Source: Candidatus Eiseniibacteriota bacterium (GTDB taxonomy: Bacteria > Eisenbacteria > RBG-16-71-46). Taken from it: a DNA stretch of 34,589 bases. Below are positions 1 to 9,300 of this stretch, in pieces. The position numbers were made by a program, and so were the translations under genes. The stretch covers positions 1-34,589 of the forward strand of contig JBGAOA010000045.1 of assembly GCA_044222065.1 (NCBI GenBank), written 5' to 3'. Numbering within the stretch: the stretch's first letter is position 1; each line of letters begins with the position of its first letter. The notes under the pieces are model-generated. The model made no database searches. It saw only the letters and a program-made list of their open reading frames with translations, and was not told the DNA's origin.

Positions 1-53
1 TCGCTACTCGTTCGATGCCGCGCTCGCGCCCGCCTTCAGCACGGGCGACGCGG

Positions 54-176
54 GCAGGCGGCTGAACGAGTCGAGGACCAGGCGTCGAGGGCGCGACGAG
101 CGAGGTGTATCCGCTGGATGCTCCGCAGCGAGAAACGACCGAGACAACGCAGTGATCGACTGCTTCAGCAGCCTGC
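54..176. mobile_element. MITE-like element with 21-bp imperfect terminal inverted repeats
   Basis: Left end GCAGGCGGCTGAACGAGTCGA (54-74) vs reverse complement of right end GCAGGCTGCTGAAGCAGTCGA (156-176): 18/21 match. Internal hairpin gtatcc-gct-ggatgc; no credible coding capacity. Confidence 0.65.
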
Positions 177-1168
177 TAACGCGTGATCACGATGCGGCGG
201 CCGCGCGTCTCGGTCGCGCCCTCGTCGCCGTCGTGCTGGAGCGAGGCGAAGTAGACGCCGGCGCTCAGTTCGCCGCCGCGCGCATCACGGCCGTCCCACG
301 TCAGCACGTGCGAGCCGGCCGGGAGCATTCCCGCGCGCAGCTCGCGAACCACGCGCCCCGCGAGATCCACGATGCGCACGACCACCTCGCCGCGCCGTGG
401 CAGGCGGAACTCGAGCGTGGCGGGGCCGCTCGCGGGATTCGGGCGGATCGCGCCGAGCTCGAGCGCGACGGCCGGTCGGACCGGGTCCGCGATGTCGAGC
501 GTCGCCGGCGCATTGTCGAGGAACAGATCCACGTCGAACGACCCCGTCGCGCCGCCGGCGACCCCGGAGTACGCGAACCACTCCTGCTGGATGAAGAAAT
601 TGCACAGGCTCGCGGCCGTGCCGACGTGAGTGCCGAAGACGAGGCCGCTGTCCGCGCCGGCGCCCGTGTTCAGGATCGTTCCGAACGGCGAGAGGATCAT
701 GGTGTTCTGCGATCCGCCGCCCACGAGCGCGACCGCGCGGCGCCAGCGGACCGCCCAGTAGGTCGTCGCCGAAGCTCCCGGCGCCACGTACTGCAGGCAA
801 GCCGAGTGGCTCGCGCTCGCCGTGCGACCGTAGAGGTTTCCGTTGTTGAGCACGGAGGCGTTCCCGTGGAACGACAGCACCGGCCCGCTCGTGAAGCTGG
901 CCGGTCCCGCCGGGGCGACCCACACGCCGGCTTCGACGTTCACGAGTATGCCGAAGAGCGAGCGCGAGGTGTCGGAGAAGCAGTCGTAGCCGTTGACGAG
1001 CGCCGCGAAGGGACGCGTGGCGACGTACGGAGCGCCGAGGTCCGACGACCAGTCGAGTCGCGCGACGCAGCCGGACGCGTTCGTTCCGTGGCCGAGGAAC
1101 TGGATCGCGGCATACGCCGGCGAGGCAGCGAGAGCGAGGAGCAGCAGCAGGATCGAAACGATGCGCAT
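176..1168 (-). CDS. Secreted protein with C-terminal FlgD-Ig/T9SS-like sorting domain
   Basis: Signal peptide MRIVSILLLLLALAASPAYA; C-terminal PNP..DLAGR..WDGRD..AGVYF..RRIVITR. Confidence 0.85.
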   Translation of the reverse strand: MRIVSILLLLLALAASPAYAAIQFLGHGTNASGCVARLDWSSDLGAPYVATRPFAALVNGYDCFSDTSRSLFGILVNVEAGVWVAPAGPASFTSGPVLSFHGNASVLNNGNLYGRTASASHSACLQYVAPGASATTYWAVRWRRAVALVGGGSQNTMILSPFGTILNTGAGADSGLVFGTHVGTAASLCNFFIQQEWFAYSGVAGGATGSFDVDLFLDNAPATLDIADPVRPAVALELGAIRPNPASGPATLEFRLPRRGEVVVRIVDLAGRVVRELRAGMLPAGSHVLTWDGRDARGGELSAGVYFASLQHDGDEGATETRGRRIVITR

Positions 1169-1227
1169 GGAGAGCCTCGGGCAGTGGGGAGCCAGATTCC
1201 GCGGGACGACTCGGGGGGAGTCGGTGG

Positions 1228-1259
1228 GTGAGACCGTCCGATGCTCCGGAAGATCACGG
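1228..1259 (-). promoter_or_regulatory. Conserved motif CCGTGATCTTCCG-N10-CGGTCTCAC, copy 1 (ECF-promoter-like)
   Basis: Same 13-bp and 9-bp blocks with the same 10-bp spacer as at 12742-12773; 60 bp upstream of the start at 1168. Confidence 0.55.
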
Positions 1260-1364
1260 CCCCTCGGACGTGAGCCCGGGGCCGCGGGCCGTCGCTCCGC
1301 GCGGCATCGCCCGGGCCGCGTCGGGGCGCCGAACGGAGGCGGTCGCCCGGGCCTCGAGACCGGG

Positions 1365-1778
1365 TCAGCGGCTCGAGTGCTCGCGCTCCCACTCGGCCCG
1401 GGCGCGACGGCACTCGGGGCAGTACGCGACCTCGGTGAAGGGCTTCCCCACGACGCAGCCGCCGGGCCACTCGAGGTGCGAGTTCACGCACACGCCGGGA
1501 ATCTCGCCGCACGCCATGGACGACACGAATCCGTAGGAGATCCGGACGGTGTCGGGCAGCAGCACCTGACCGCGGTGCAGGTCGCACAGCAGGCCGACGC
1601 GAGCGTGCTCCTCGCGGTTGGGCCGGAAGCACTCGGGGCCGACGGTCTCGCGGGTCGCGTTCGCGCACGGGTCCACGAGCGGCACCGACTCGGCGAGGTT
1701 CGCGGGCAGCGGAACGGTCTCGATGGAGCAGGACGCCGCGAGAAGAGCACACGCGGCGGCGATCGGCCTGCGGAGCAT
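1365..1778 (-). CDS. Cys/His-rich putative lipoprotein, unknown function
   Basis: ATG at 1778 with GGAGGT RBS; lipobox-like LLAASC; CDLH, CVNSH, GGCVV and YCPECR motifs. Confidence 0.65.
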   Translation of the reverse strand: MLRRPIAAACALLAASCSIETVPLPANLAESVPLVDPCANATRETVGPECFRPNREEHARVGLLCDLHRGQVLLPDTVRISYGFVSSMACGEIPGVCVNSHLEWPGGCVVGKPFTEVAYCPECRRARAEWEREHSSR

Positions 1779-1902
1779 GCGGACCTCCGGGCGAGACGCG
1801 GGGAGCGACGGAGCGAATCCTAACGCCTCGACGCCCCCCCGCGTCAGCGGATACTCGCGCGACTCGCCCGCCTCGCGGCGGGCGCCGGGGCGCACGTCGG
1901 CG

Positions 1903-1934
1903 GCCGTTCGTCCCCACGGCTCGCCGTTCGTCCC
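1903..1934 (+). promoter_or_regulatory. Direct repeat GCCGTTCGTCCC x2 (putative LytTR binding site)
   Basis: Perfect 12-mers at 1903-1914 and 1923-1934 (20-bp period) in the intergenic region upstream of the NHL gene; a LytTR regulator is encoded nearby. Confidence 0.6.
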
Positions 1935-2142
1935 GCGAGCGTTGTTCTCGCTCGGCGCACGCCCGACCTTTTCCTCGACCGCTGGCCGCGCCGGACCCCG
2001 ACCGGGATCAGGAGCCGTTTCGGTGCATCACCCACGCCGCTCGAACTCCGCGAGACGCGCGACTCCGACCGCGCGCGCGCACGGGGGCGATGCGCCCCGC
2101 GCATGCGACACCGTCCACTCGACCCTCACCGCGAGGCTCCCC

Positions 2143-3165
2143 ATGCCCCAGATCGCTCCGGCTCGATCCCGATTCCTCTCCACCCTGCGGGCCGCGCGGT
2201 TCGCTCGCAGCCCGATCCGGCACCTCGCGGGCGTCGTGACCGTCGTCGTCACCCTCGCCGCGTTCGACCTCCCTCCCGCGGCCGGCCAGGAACCCGCGTG
2301 GCTCGCCACGATCGGCGGCTACGGTTCGACGACCGGCCGCTTCGCGTACCCGCATCACATGGCGATCTCGCCCGCGACAGGCAACCTGTACGTGGGCGAC
2401 CTGCTCAATCACCGCGTGCAGGTGCTCACTTCGACGGGAGCGTTCGTGCGGCAGTGGCCACTTTCGAACGCCGACGGCATCGCGGTCGGCCGACAGGACA
2501 CGGTGTACGCGCTCTCGATGCATCAGGTGTTCAAGTTCACGTCCACCGGGACGCTGGTCACGTCCTGGGGCGGCTTCGGCACCGGCGACGGACAGTTCAA
2601 CTACGCCATGGACGTGGGCGTGGACTCGCAGGGCTACGTCTACGTCATCGATGGACAGAATCGGCGCGTGCAGAAGTTCAATGCCGCGGGAACCTTCCTC
2701 ACGAAGTGGGGCTCGCAGGGTTCCGGACCGGGGCAGTTCGAGGGGCCGTTCGGTCTCTACGTGGACGCCGACGACGACATCTGGGTCAGCGACGGCTGGA
2801 ACCACACCGTGCAGGAGTTCGATTCGAACGGGCTGCGGCTGTCCGGATTCGGCACGCAGGGAACGGGCCCGGGGCAGTGGGACAGTCCCGGACGCTTGTG
2901 CATCGACGGCGACGGCCGCGTGCTCGTGCCGGATGCGGGCAACGGCCGCGTCCAGGCCTACACGCAACAGGGGCAGTTCCTGCTGCAGTGGGGCGCGCCC
3001 GGCGCCAACGCTGCGCAGTTCAACCACCCGCTCGCGGTCTCGACCGACGGCGCGGGCACGGTCTACGTCCTCGACAAGGACAACCACCGCATTCAGAAGT
3101 TCGCGAGCGTCGCCACCCCGGCGCGAAAGACGAGCTGGGGCGCGCTCAAGTCGAGCTTCCGATGA
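2143..3165 (+). CDS. Secreted NHL-repeat beta-propeller protein with short C-terminal SWGxLK tail
   Basis: ATG at 2143; hydrophobic signal segment; six NHL-type repeats (GQFxxPxGxxVD..VYVxDxxNxRVQKF); ends VATPARKTSWGALKSSFR. Confidence 0.88.
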   Translation: MPQIAPARSRFLSTLRAARFARSPIRHLAGVVTVVVTLAAFDLPPAAGQEPAWLATIGGYGSTTGRFAYPHHMAISPATGNLYVGDLLNHRVQVLTSTGAFVRQWPLSNADGIAVGRQDTVYALSMHQVFKFTSTGTLVTSWGGFGTGDGQFNYAMDVGVDSQGYVYVIDGQNRRVQKFNAAGTFLTKWGSQGSGPGQFEGPFGLYVDADDDIWVSDGWNHTVQEFDSNGLRLSGFGTQGTGPGQWDSPGRLCIDGDGRVLVPDAGNGRVQAYTQQGQFLLQWGAPGANAAQFNHPLAVSTDGAGTVYVLDKDNHRIQKFASVATPARKTSWGALKSSFR

Positions 3166-3214
3166 ATCGCGGTCGCGGCCCTCGAACGGGCCTCGCCCGC
3201 AGGAGGAGTGAACG

Positions 3215-3706
3215 ATGAAGCGCTCTCGTTCGATCGCATGGCTCGCGCTCGCCCTCGGCGCCGCTGCGTGCCTGTCCATCCTGTCGTGCGTGCAGACGGA
3301 CGAACTGATCTCGCCGGACGTGACGTTCGTCGCGAATGCGGACGACGCGGTCTTCGATTCGACCTGCACGCTCGCCGTCGGCGCACCGCTTCCGATCGAC
3401 GGCGGAGCCGCGCGGATCACGCTCGTCGGGATTTCGCGAGACTCTCGATGTCCGAAGGGCGCCCGGTGCATCCACCCCGGCGCGGTCGCCGGCAGGATCG
3501 AGGCGCTCGACCGTTCGGGGATCTACGCGTCCAGCGCGTTCGAGGTCGCGAACGGCGTGCCCGGCCCGGAGAGTGAATTCCCGCTGGTTCTCTCCGAGCG
3601 CACGTACACGGTCCGTGTGATCCGGGTCGAGCCCTACCCCACGATCGGAGTCCCCATTCCCCGGTCCACGTACGTCACGACGGTGCGGCTCGTGCGGACG
3701 AAGTAG
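3215..3706 (+). CDS. Conserved hypothetical lipoprotein (DSRCP..C motif)
   Basis: AGGAGG RBS; signal peptide with lipobox-like ILSC; DSRCPKGARCIHPG motif. Confidence 0.75.
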   Translation: MKRSRSIAWLALALGAAACLSILSCVQTDELISPDVTFVANADDAVFDSTCTLAVGAPLPIDGGAARITLVGISRDSRCPKGARCIHPGAVAGRIEALDRSGIYASSAFEVANGVPGPESEFPLVLSERTYTVRVIRVEPYPTIGVPIPRSTYVTTVRLVRTK

Positions 3707-3810
3707 TTGGGTCGGATCGGCTCGGGAGCGGCTCCGCCCCTCGGTCGCCGAGCGCGGATCGGGGCGAGGGGCGCCGCTCGTGAGGATCGGAGCGTCGTGC
3801 CGCGAGCGCG

Positions 3811-4926
3811 GTGCTAGGCTCGTACCGCATGTCGTCGCGCCTGCGCATCGTCGGTCTCATCGTGGCGGTCGGATTCGGCCTGTCGTTCGTCGAGGCGGCC
3901 GGATTCTTCGCGCGCTCGGCGCTCCAGGGCCACCCGATCCAGGGCTGGCTCGCACTGCGCACCGGGCTCGGGTTGTGGATGACCATGGCGGCGGTCACGC
4001 CGCTGCCGATCGTCGCAGCCCGGCGCTTTCCGCTCGTGCGTGGACGCGTCGCGGCGCGCCTGCCCGTTCACCTCCTCGCCGCCCTGCTGTTCGTCACGCT
4101 GCACCTGATGCTGGACATCGGCGTTCAGACGCTCCAGGGCAACATGCGGCCCGAGCCGTTGCTGCCACACCTCGGCGATCTGCTCGGCAACTACCTCGCG
4201 ACCGAGTCCGTGATCTACGCCGCGGTTGCGGGCGCGTTCATGTTCACCGCCTCGCGAAGCGAGTCCGAAGCGAGGGCGCGCGCCGAGGGCCTGCTGCGCG
4301 CGCAGCTCTCCGAGGCGCGGCTCGAAGCACTGCGACTGCAGCTCGCGCCCCACTTCCTCTACAACACGCTCAACGCGATCTCGACGTTGATCCTGCGCGG
4401 CAGCGCGCGCGAGAGCTGCCGAGCGATCGCTCTCCTCGCCGACATGCTGCGCCGCGTGCTGGAGTCGCCGACGACGCCCGAAACGCGGCTTTCCGACGAA
4501 CTCGCCTTCGCCGGACTGTTCGTCGAGATCCAGAAGCTGCGCTTCGGCGACGCGCTGTCGGTGGAGTGGAACGTGACCGCGGACGCCGCCGAGGCGCAGG
4601 TGCCGCGGCTGCTCCTGCAGCCCTTGCTCGAGAACGCCATCGCGCACGGGCTCCGCGCCGAAACCGGAGGGGCGATCTCGCTCGCGGCGCGCCGCGATGC
4701 GGATTCGCTGCTGATCGAAGTCGAGGACCGGCCGCATGGCGAGCGCCCCGAGCCCGCGACATCGGACGGTCCCGCCCATCTCGGCATCGGCCTCGCCAAT
4801 GCGCGCGAGCGCCTCGCGACGCTCTATGGCAGCGCGCAGTCGCTGACGCTGGACGTCTCGCCCACGGGCGCCCGAGTCGCGCTCCGGATGCCGTTCCGGG
4901 TCGGGGCGGATCGCGGGGGCTCGTGA
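3811..4926 (+). CDS. LytS/YehU-family sensor histidine kinase (start may be ATG 3829)
   Basis: Four TM segments, LRLQLAPHFLYNTLNAI H-box, LQPLLENAIAHG N-box, GIGLAN G-box. Confidence 0.92.
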   Translation: MLGSYRMSSRLRIVGLIVAVGFGLSFVEAAGFFARSALQGHPIQGWLALRTGLGLWMTMAAVTPLPIVAARRFPLVRGRVAARLPVHLLAALLFVTLHLMLDIGVQTLQGNMRPEPLLPHLGDLLGNYLATESVIYAAVAGAFMFTASRSESEARARAEGLLRAQLSEARLEALRLQLAPHFLYNTLNAISTLILRGSARESCRAIALLADMLRRVLESPTTPETRLSDELAFAGLFVEIQKLRFGDALSVEWNVTADAAEAQVPRLLLQPLLENAIAHGLRAETGGAISLAARRDADSLLIEVEDRPHGERPEPATSDGPAHLGIGLANARERLATLYGSAQSLTLDVSPTGARVALRMPFRVGADRGGS

Positions 4927-5717
4927 TCCGGATCGTCCTGGTGGACGACGAGCCCCTCGCTCGCGAGGGGCTGCGGCGCCGACTCGAACGCGAGGTCGAC
5001 GTGTCGATCGTCGGCGAAGCCGCTTCGGGGAGCGACGCGATCGAACTGGTTCGGAGCCAGATGCCGGACGCGATCTACCTCGACATCCAGATGCCCGGCC
5101 TCGACGGATTCGAGACGCTGGCCCGCCTCGCGTCGATCCACCTGCCGATCGTCGTGTTCGTCACGGCGTTCGAAGCCCATGCGATCCGCGCGTTCGAAGT
5201 CCACGCGCTCGACTACCTGCTCAAGCCGATCGACGACGCGCGACTCTCCGAATCTCTGCGCAGAGTCCGGCGCGAGCTGGCGCTCGGTGAGATGTCGGCC
5301 GAACCGGAACGCGTCGCGCGGATGCTCGAATCGCGCGACCCGGCCGCGCCCGCGGACACGGGCGGCGAACCGGCGCTGCACGCTCCGGGCGCCACGGCGG
5401 TTCGCCGCTTCGTCGTTCGCGACCGCGGCCGCTTCCGCCTCGTTCCGATCGAAGCGGTTCAGTGGATCGAATCCGCGGGCAACTACGTCCAGATCCACAC
5501 CGCGGAGGGCGCGGAGCTCGTGCGCATGACGCTCGCGAACGCCGAATCCGCGACGCGCGCCGCCGGCTTCGTGCGCGTGCACCGGTCGGTCCTGCTGCGC
5601 CCGGAGAGCGTGCGATCCATCCGGGCCACGGGAAACGGAGACTTCGTGGTCGTGCTCTCGGGCGGAACGGAAGTTCCGATGAGTCGTCGCTTCCGCGGCG
5701 CGCTCCTCGGTCGCTGA
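4923..5717 (+). CDS. LytTR-family response regulator
   Basis: GTG start overlapping the kinase stop (GTGA); VDDEPLAR, LDIQMP, FVTAF and DYLLKP receiver motifs; LytTR domain WIESAGNYV..FVRVHRS..MSRR. Confidence 0.93.
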   Translation: MIRIVLVDDEPLAREGLRRRLEREVDVSIVGEAASGSDAIELVRSQMPDAIYLDIQMPGLDGFETLARLASIHLPIVVFVTAFEAHAIRAFEVHALDYLLKPIDDARLSESLRRVRRELALGEMSAEPERVARMLESRDPAAPADTGGEPALHAPGATAVRRFVVRDRGRFRLVPIEAVQWIESAGNYVQIHTAEGAELVRMTLANAESATRAAGFVRVHRSVLLRPESVRSIRATGNGDFVVVLSGGTEVPMSRRFRGALLGR

Positions 5718-5750
5718 GCGCCCGCCACCCGCGGCCCCTCGCCTTCGGTG

Positions 5751-6170
5751 TCACGGCCGAACCACGAATGCCGGCGCCGACCCGCGTTCGGAGATGCTCG
5801 TGTCGAGTCCGAACGCCGAGCCGCGTTCGACGAAGTCCGCAACGAGTCCCTCGAGGCCCGTGAACCCGGCATTGGGATGCGCCGCGTATCGGAACACGAC
5901 GTGGACGGCGTTCGGCAGTCCGCGCGCCACTTCCTCTCCCCACGCCGGCGGCGTGGCGGGATCGAGCCGGCCCGAAACGAGGAGCGCCGGATTCTCGGGA
6001 ACGAGGAGCCGCGCCTCGATCGCACGGTCCGACACGCCCTCGAGTCGGATCTCCGCCACGGAGAGCCGGTCGCGAGGAGCGCCCCCGACGGGCCCGGCGG
6101 CGAACGAGAGCGCGGTGAGCGCGAGAGCGGTGAGCGCGTGGCGGCGCGTGAAGCGAGCGGAGCGGGGCAC
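5751..6170 (-). CDS. Hypothetical exported protein (possible Tat-like signal)
   Basis: GTG at 6170 with GGAGG RBS; FTRRHALTALALTALSFAA signal. Confidence 0.6.
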   Translation of the reverse strand: MPRSARFTRRHALTALALTALSFAAGPVGGAPRDRLSVAEIRLEGVSDRAIEARLLVPENPALLVSGRLDPATPPAWGEEVARGLPNAVHVVFRYAAHPNAGFTGLEGLVADFVERGSAFGLDTSISERGSAPAFVVRP

Positions 6171-6273
6171 GTGGCATTCCTCCGTGAGACGTCGGGCGCA
6201 CGGGACTTCGGTCCGTGCGCTACGACGCCTCACTCGCCACGGTTTCCGCGCCGGGCGCCGGCGGTCGACTCGG

Positions 6274-6285
6274 GGGACGAACGGC
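6274..6285 (-). promoter_or_regulatory. Third GCCGTTCGTCCC box (putative LytTR site)
   Basis: GGGACGAACGGC on + is the exact reverse complement of the 1903/1923 repeats; ~105 bp upstream of the 6170 start. Confidence 0.5.
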
Positions 6286-6389
6286 AAGCGCGCGTGATCG
6301 ACCGCAGGCCCGGCGCCGCCCCCGGTTTCCGCCGCGGTGGCCGGTGCCCCGTCCACCGCGACGGAGCGCTCGGGCTTCTCGGACAGAAC

Positions 6390-9300
6390 CTAGTCCAGCA
6401 CGCACACCCGAGTGACGAGCGAGCGGCCGTCGCGCGTCAGCCGCGCGAAGTGCACGCCCGGCCGCAGCGGCCGACGCGTCTCGAGCCGCACCGCGTGCTC
6501 GCCCGCGCCGAGGCCTCCGACCTCGCGTAGGGCGACGCGCCGTCCGGCGACGTCGAGCAGCTCGAGCCGCGCGGGCGAAGCGTCCGGCAGCGAGAAGCGC
6601 AGCGTGAGCGCCGCCGCGCGTGCGGGATTCGGAACCGCTCCGGCGAGCGCGAGGCGCGCGGGCGCTGCCGCGGGCGGCACCGCGACCGGCGTTCCGGCGC
6701 GCGCCACGAACGCAGGACTCCACGTGTGGAGAGAGCGCTGTCCCCACGGATCGAGCAGCTCGAGCTGCAGCGACACGCTGCCGTCGAGCGTCGGCGGCAG
6801 CGCCGCGGTCCACTCGATGCCCGACGTCTGAAGCGCGATCGGCGTCCATGCCCCTCCCGCGCCCTCGCGCACGCGGAGCGTCGGCACCGCGGACGTCTCG
6901 TCCGTCACCTGGAAGCGCACGCGCGGTGCGATCGCACTCGCGAAATCGATCGAATCCGCCTCGGCGCCGTTCGCCTGCACCTGGAACGCGCGCAGCGCGG
7001 GCGGGTTCGCGTCCTGCGGGACGGCCGGACCGACGTGCGCGGCGAACTCGAAGCGCGCGCCCGCGCCGCGTCCCGGCACGTCGCGACCGCTCGCGAAGTC
7101 CCACGCGCCCGCTCCGGGCCACGGCAGCTCGAAACGGCCTGCGAGCGTGAAGCCGCCGGTGCCCGGCATCGGCCCCGAGGCCGCGGGGACGCCGTTCTGA
7201 CTCAGCTCGAAAGTACCGTCGGGCTCCTGCATCACCGTTCCGTAGGAGTCGGCGACGAGGTGCGGAGCGAAGAACAATCCGCCCTCGTCGAGCGACAGGA
7301 GCGCTGCCGTGTTGTGGAACATGCCGCGCCAGACGGGCAGGCCGCCGTAGAGCTTCATGTTCGTGCCCGAGAACCACGACGCGGGATCGAACAGCATCAC
7401 GGCCTCGTACGTCTCGATCGGCCAGCCGCGATCCACGCGCATCGACGGCGCGATCAGGAGCGGCGGATTCGCCCAGTCGATCGCCGTGCCGATCATCGGC
7501 CAGAACTCGATCGCCATCCCGAGCTGGAAGTGCCCTTCGTGCGGCGGGCACACGATGTCGTACGTCGCGGTGAACGGACCGGTCGCGGGCACGCCCAGGT
7601 AGAACCCGAAGCCGAAGTACCCGCCCCAGTCCGGTGGATTCGGGTGGTACTCGTAGAACAGCGGCGCCGCGGTCGCGGCCGGCAACTGCGGGTAGTCCAC
7701 CGTGAAGTGGTGCACGGCCGCGGGCGAGTTCGTGAACGTGTGGCTGGCCGTGAGGCCGACCTGCTCGTCCGCGAAGCTCGTCCAGCGGTCGCGGTAGTTC
7801 GTGGAGTAACGCGACCACTCGAGATTGCCGTCCGGCATCGGGGACGTCAGGACCTGATCGAGCGGGAAACCCACGAAGCTCGTGCTCCAGTTCGACCCCG
7901 CGCGGGACAGTTGGAGGCTTCCGGCCTCGCACGTCACCGGCTGCCCGTCGGCGCCGACGTTCGCGAAGGTCTGCACCAGCGTCGCCTCCTCGGGCTCGAT
8001 CGAGATCGTCTCGTTCGCCTCGACGATCACGTTCTCGCGACGGACGAACGTGTAGAACGGGAAGAACGACACCGTGACGTCGTACACGCCCTTCGGCAAC
8101 CGGATCTCGCCCGTGTACCAGTCCGCATACAGCAGCGCTCGCGTCGCGTGATCCTCGACGAAGATCAGGTGGATCGGGGCGCTCGTCACGATGTCGAGCG
8201 AGGCGTGCTGGTGGAACGACACCGGGACGCGATACGCGCGCCCGTTGCACGTTCCGACCAGCGTGCCGGCCGCGCCGTACGGCGGTGCGGACGGATCGGG
8301 GAACGCGGCGTTGTCCACGTCGAGCGTCACGAACGTCATCGCCGCGCCGCCCGCCGGAACGAGCACGCTCGCGGGCGCGACGTGCGCGACGGCGCCGTTC
8401 GCGAGCGCGAGGCTCGAGGGGAACAGGATCGTGCGTGCCTGCGCGCCGAGGTTCTGGAAGCGCAGCGTGTCGGTGCGCGACCACGTCGCCGGGCCGAACG
8501 GCACCGCGCCGAACGCGAGGTGCACGGGCGCGATGGAGAGGTCGCGAGCGGAGGCGTCGAGCGCGTCCAGCCGGCCCGAGCCCTGCTGCAGCGGCGTGCG
8601 GCCCAGGTCGTGCGCCGACGTCGCGAGCGCCGACTTCACCTGATCGGGCGTCCAGCCCGGATGGAGTTCGAGCAGCAGCGCCGCGACGCCGGCCATGTGC
8701 GGCGTCGCCATCGAGGTGCCGGACATCGCGACGGTGCCGCCGCCCATCTGCGCCGAGACGATCGCCTCGCCCGGCGCGAGCAGGTCGGGCTTGAGGTCGT
8801 ACGTGCGCGGCACCGGGCCGAGCGACGTGAACCACGACAGCGAGTCCAGCTTGTCGGTGCTGCCGACCGTGATCGCGCGGCGCGAGGCGCCGGGCGTGCC
8901 GATCGAGAACCACGTGCCGTCGTTGCCCGCCGCGACGCAGCACACGACGCCGGCTTCGACGAGCGCGTCGAGCGCGAGGGACATCACGTCGTCGGGATCG
9001 CCGTACGGCGCGCCGAGGCTCAGATTCACGACGTGCATCGCGTCGGCGGTGCCGGGATTCTGGTCGGGATCGAGCGCGCGCTCCATCGCGGCGATGATGT
9101 CGGCCGAGCTTCCGTAGCCGGCCGCATCGAGCACCTTGAAGGCGTACAGCGTCGCTTCCGGCGCGACGCCGACGATGCCGCCGCCGTTGCCGCCGATGAT
9201 GCCCGCGACGTGAGTGCCGTGCCCGTGGTCGTCGAGCGGATCGGCGTCGCCGTTCACGAAGTCGTAGCCGCCCGCGACGCGCTCGCCCGGTCCGAACTCA

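Noticed and set aside
3780..4922. Apparent N-terminal extension of the LytTR regulator (645-aa ORF)
   Set aside because: Shadow frame of the kinase; the receiver domain starts at GTG 4923.
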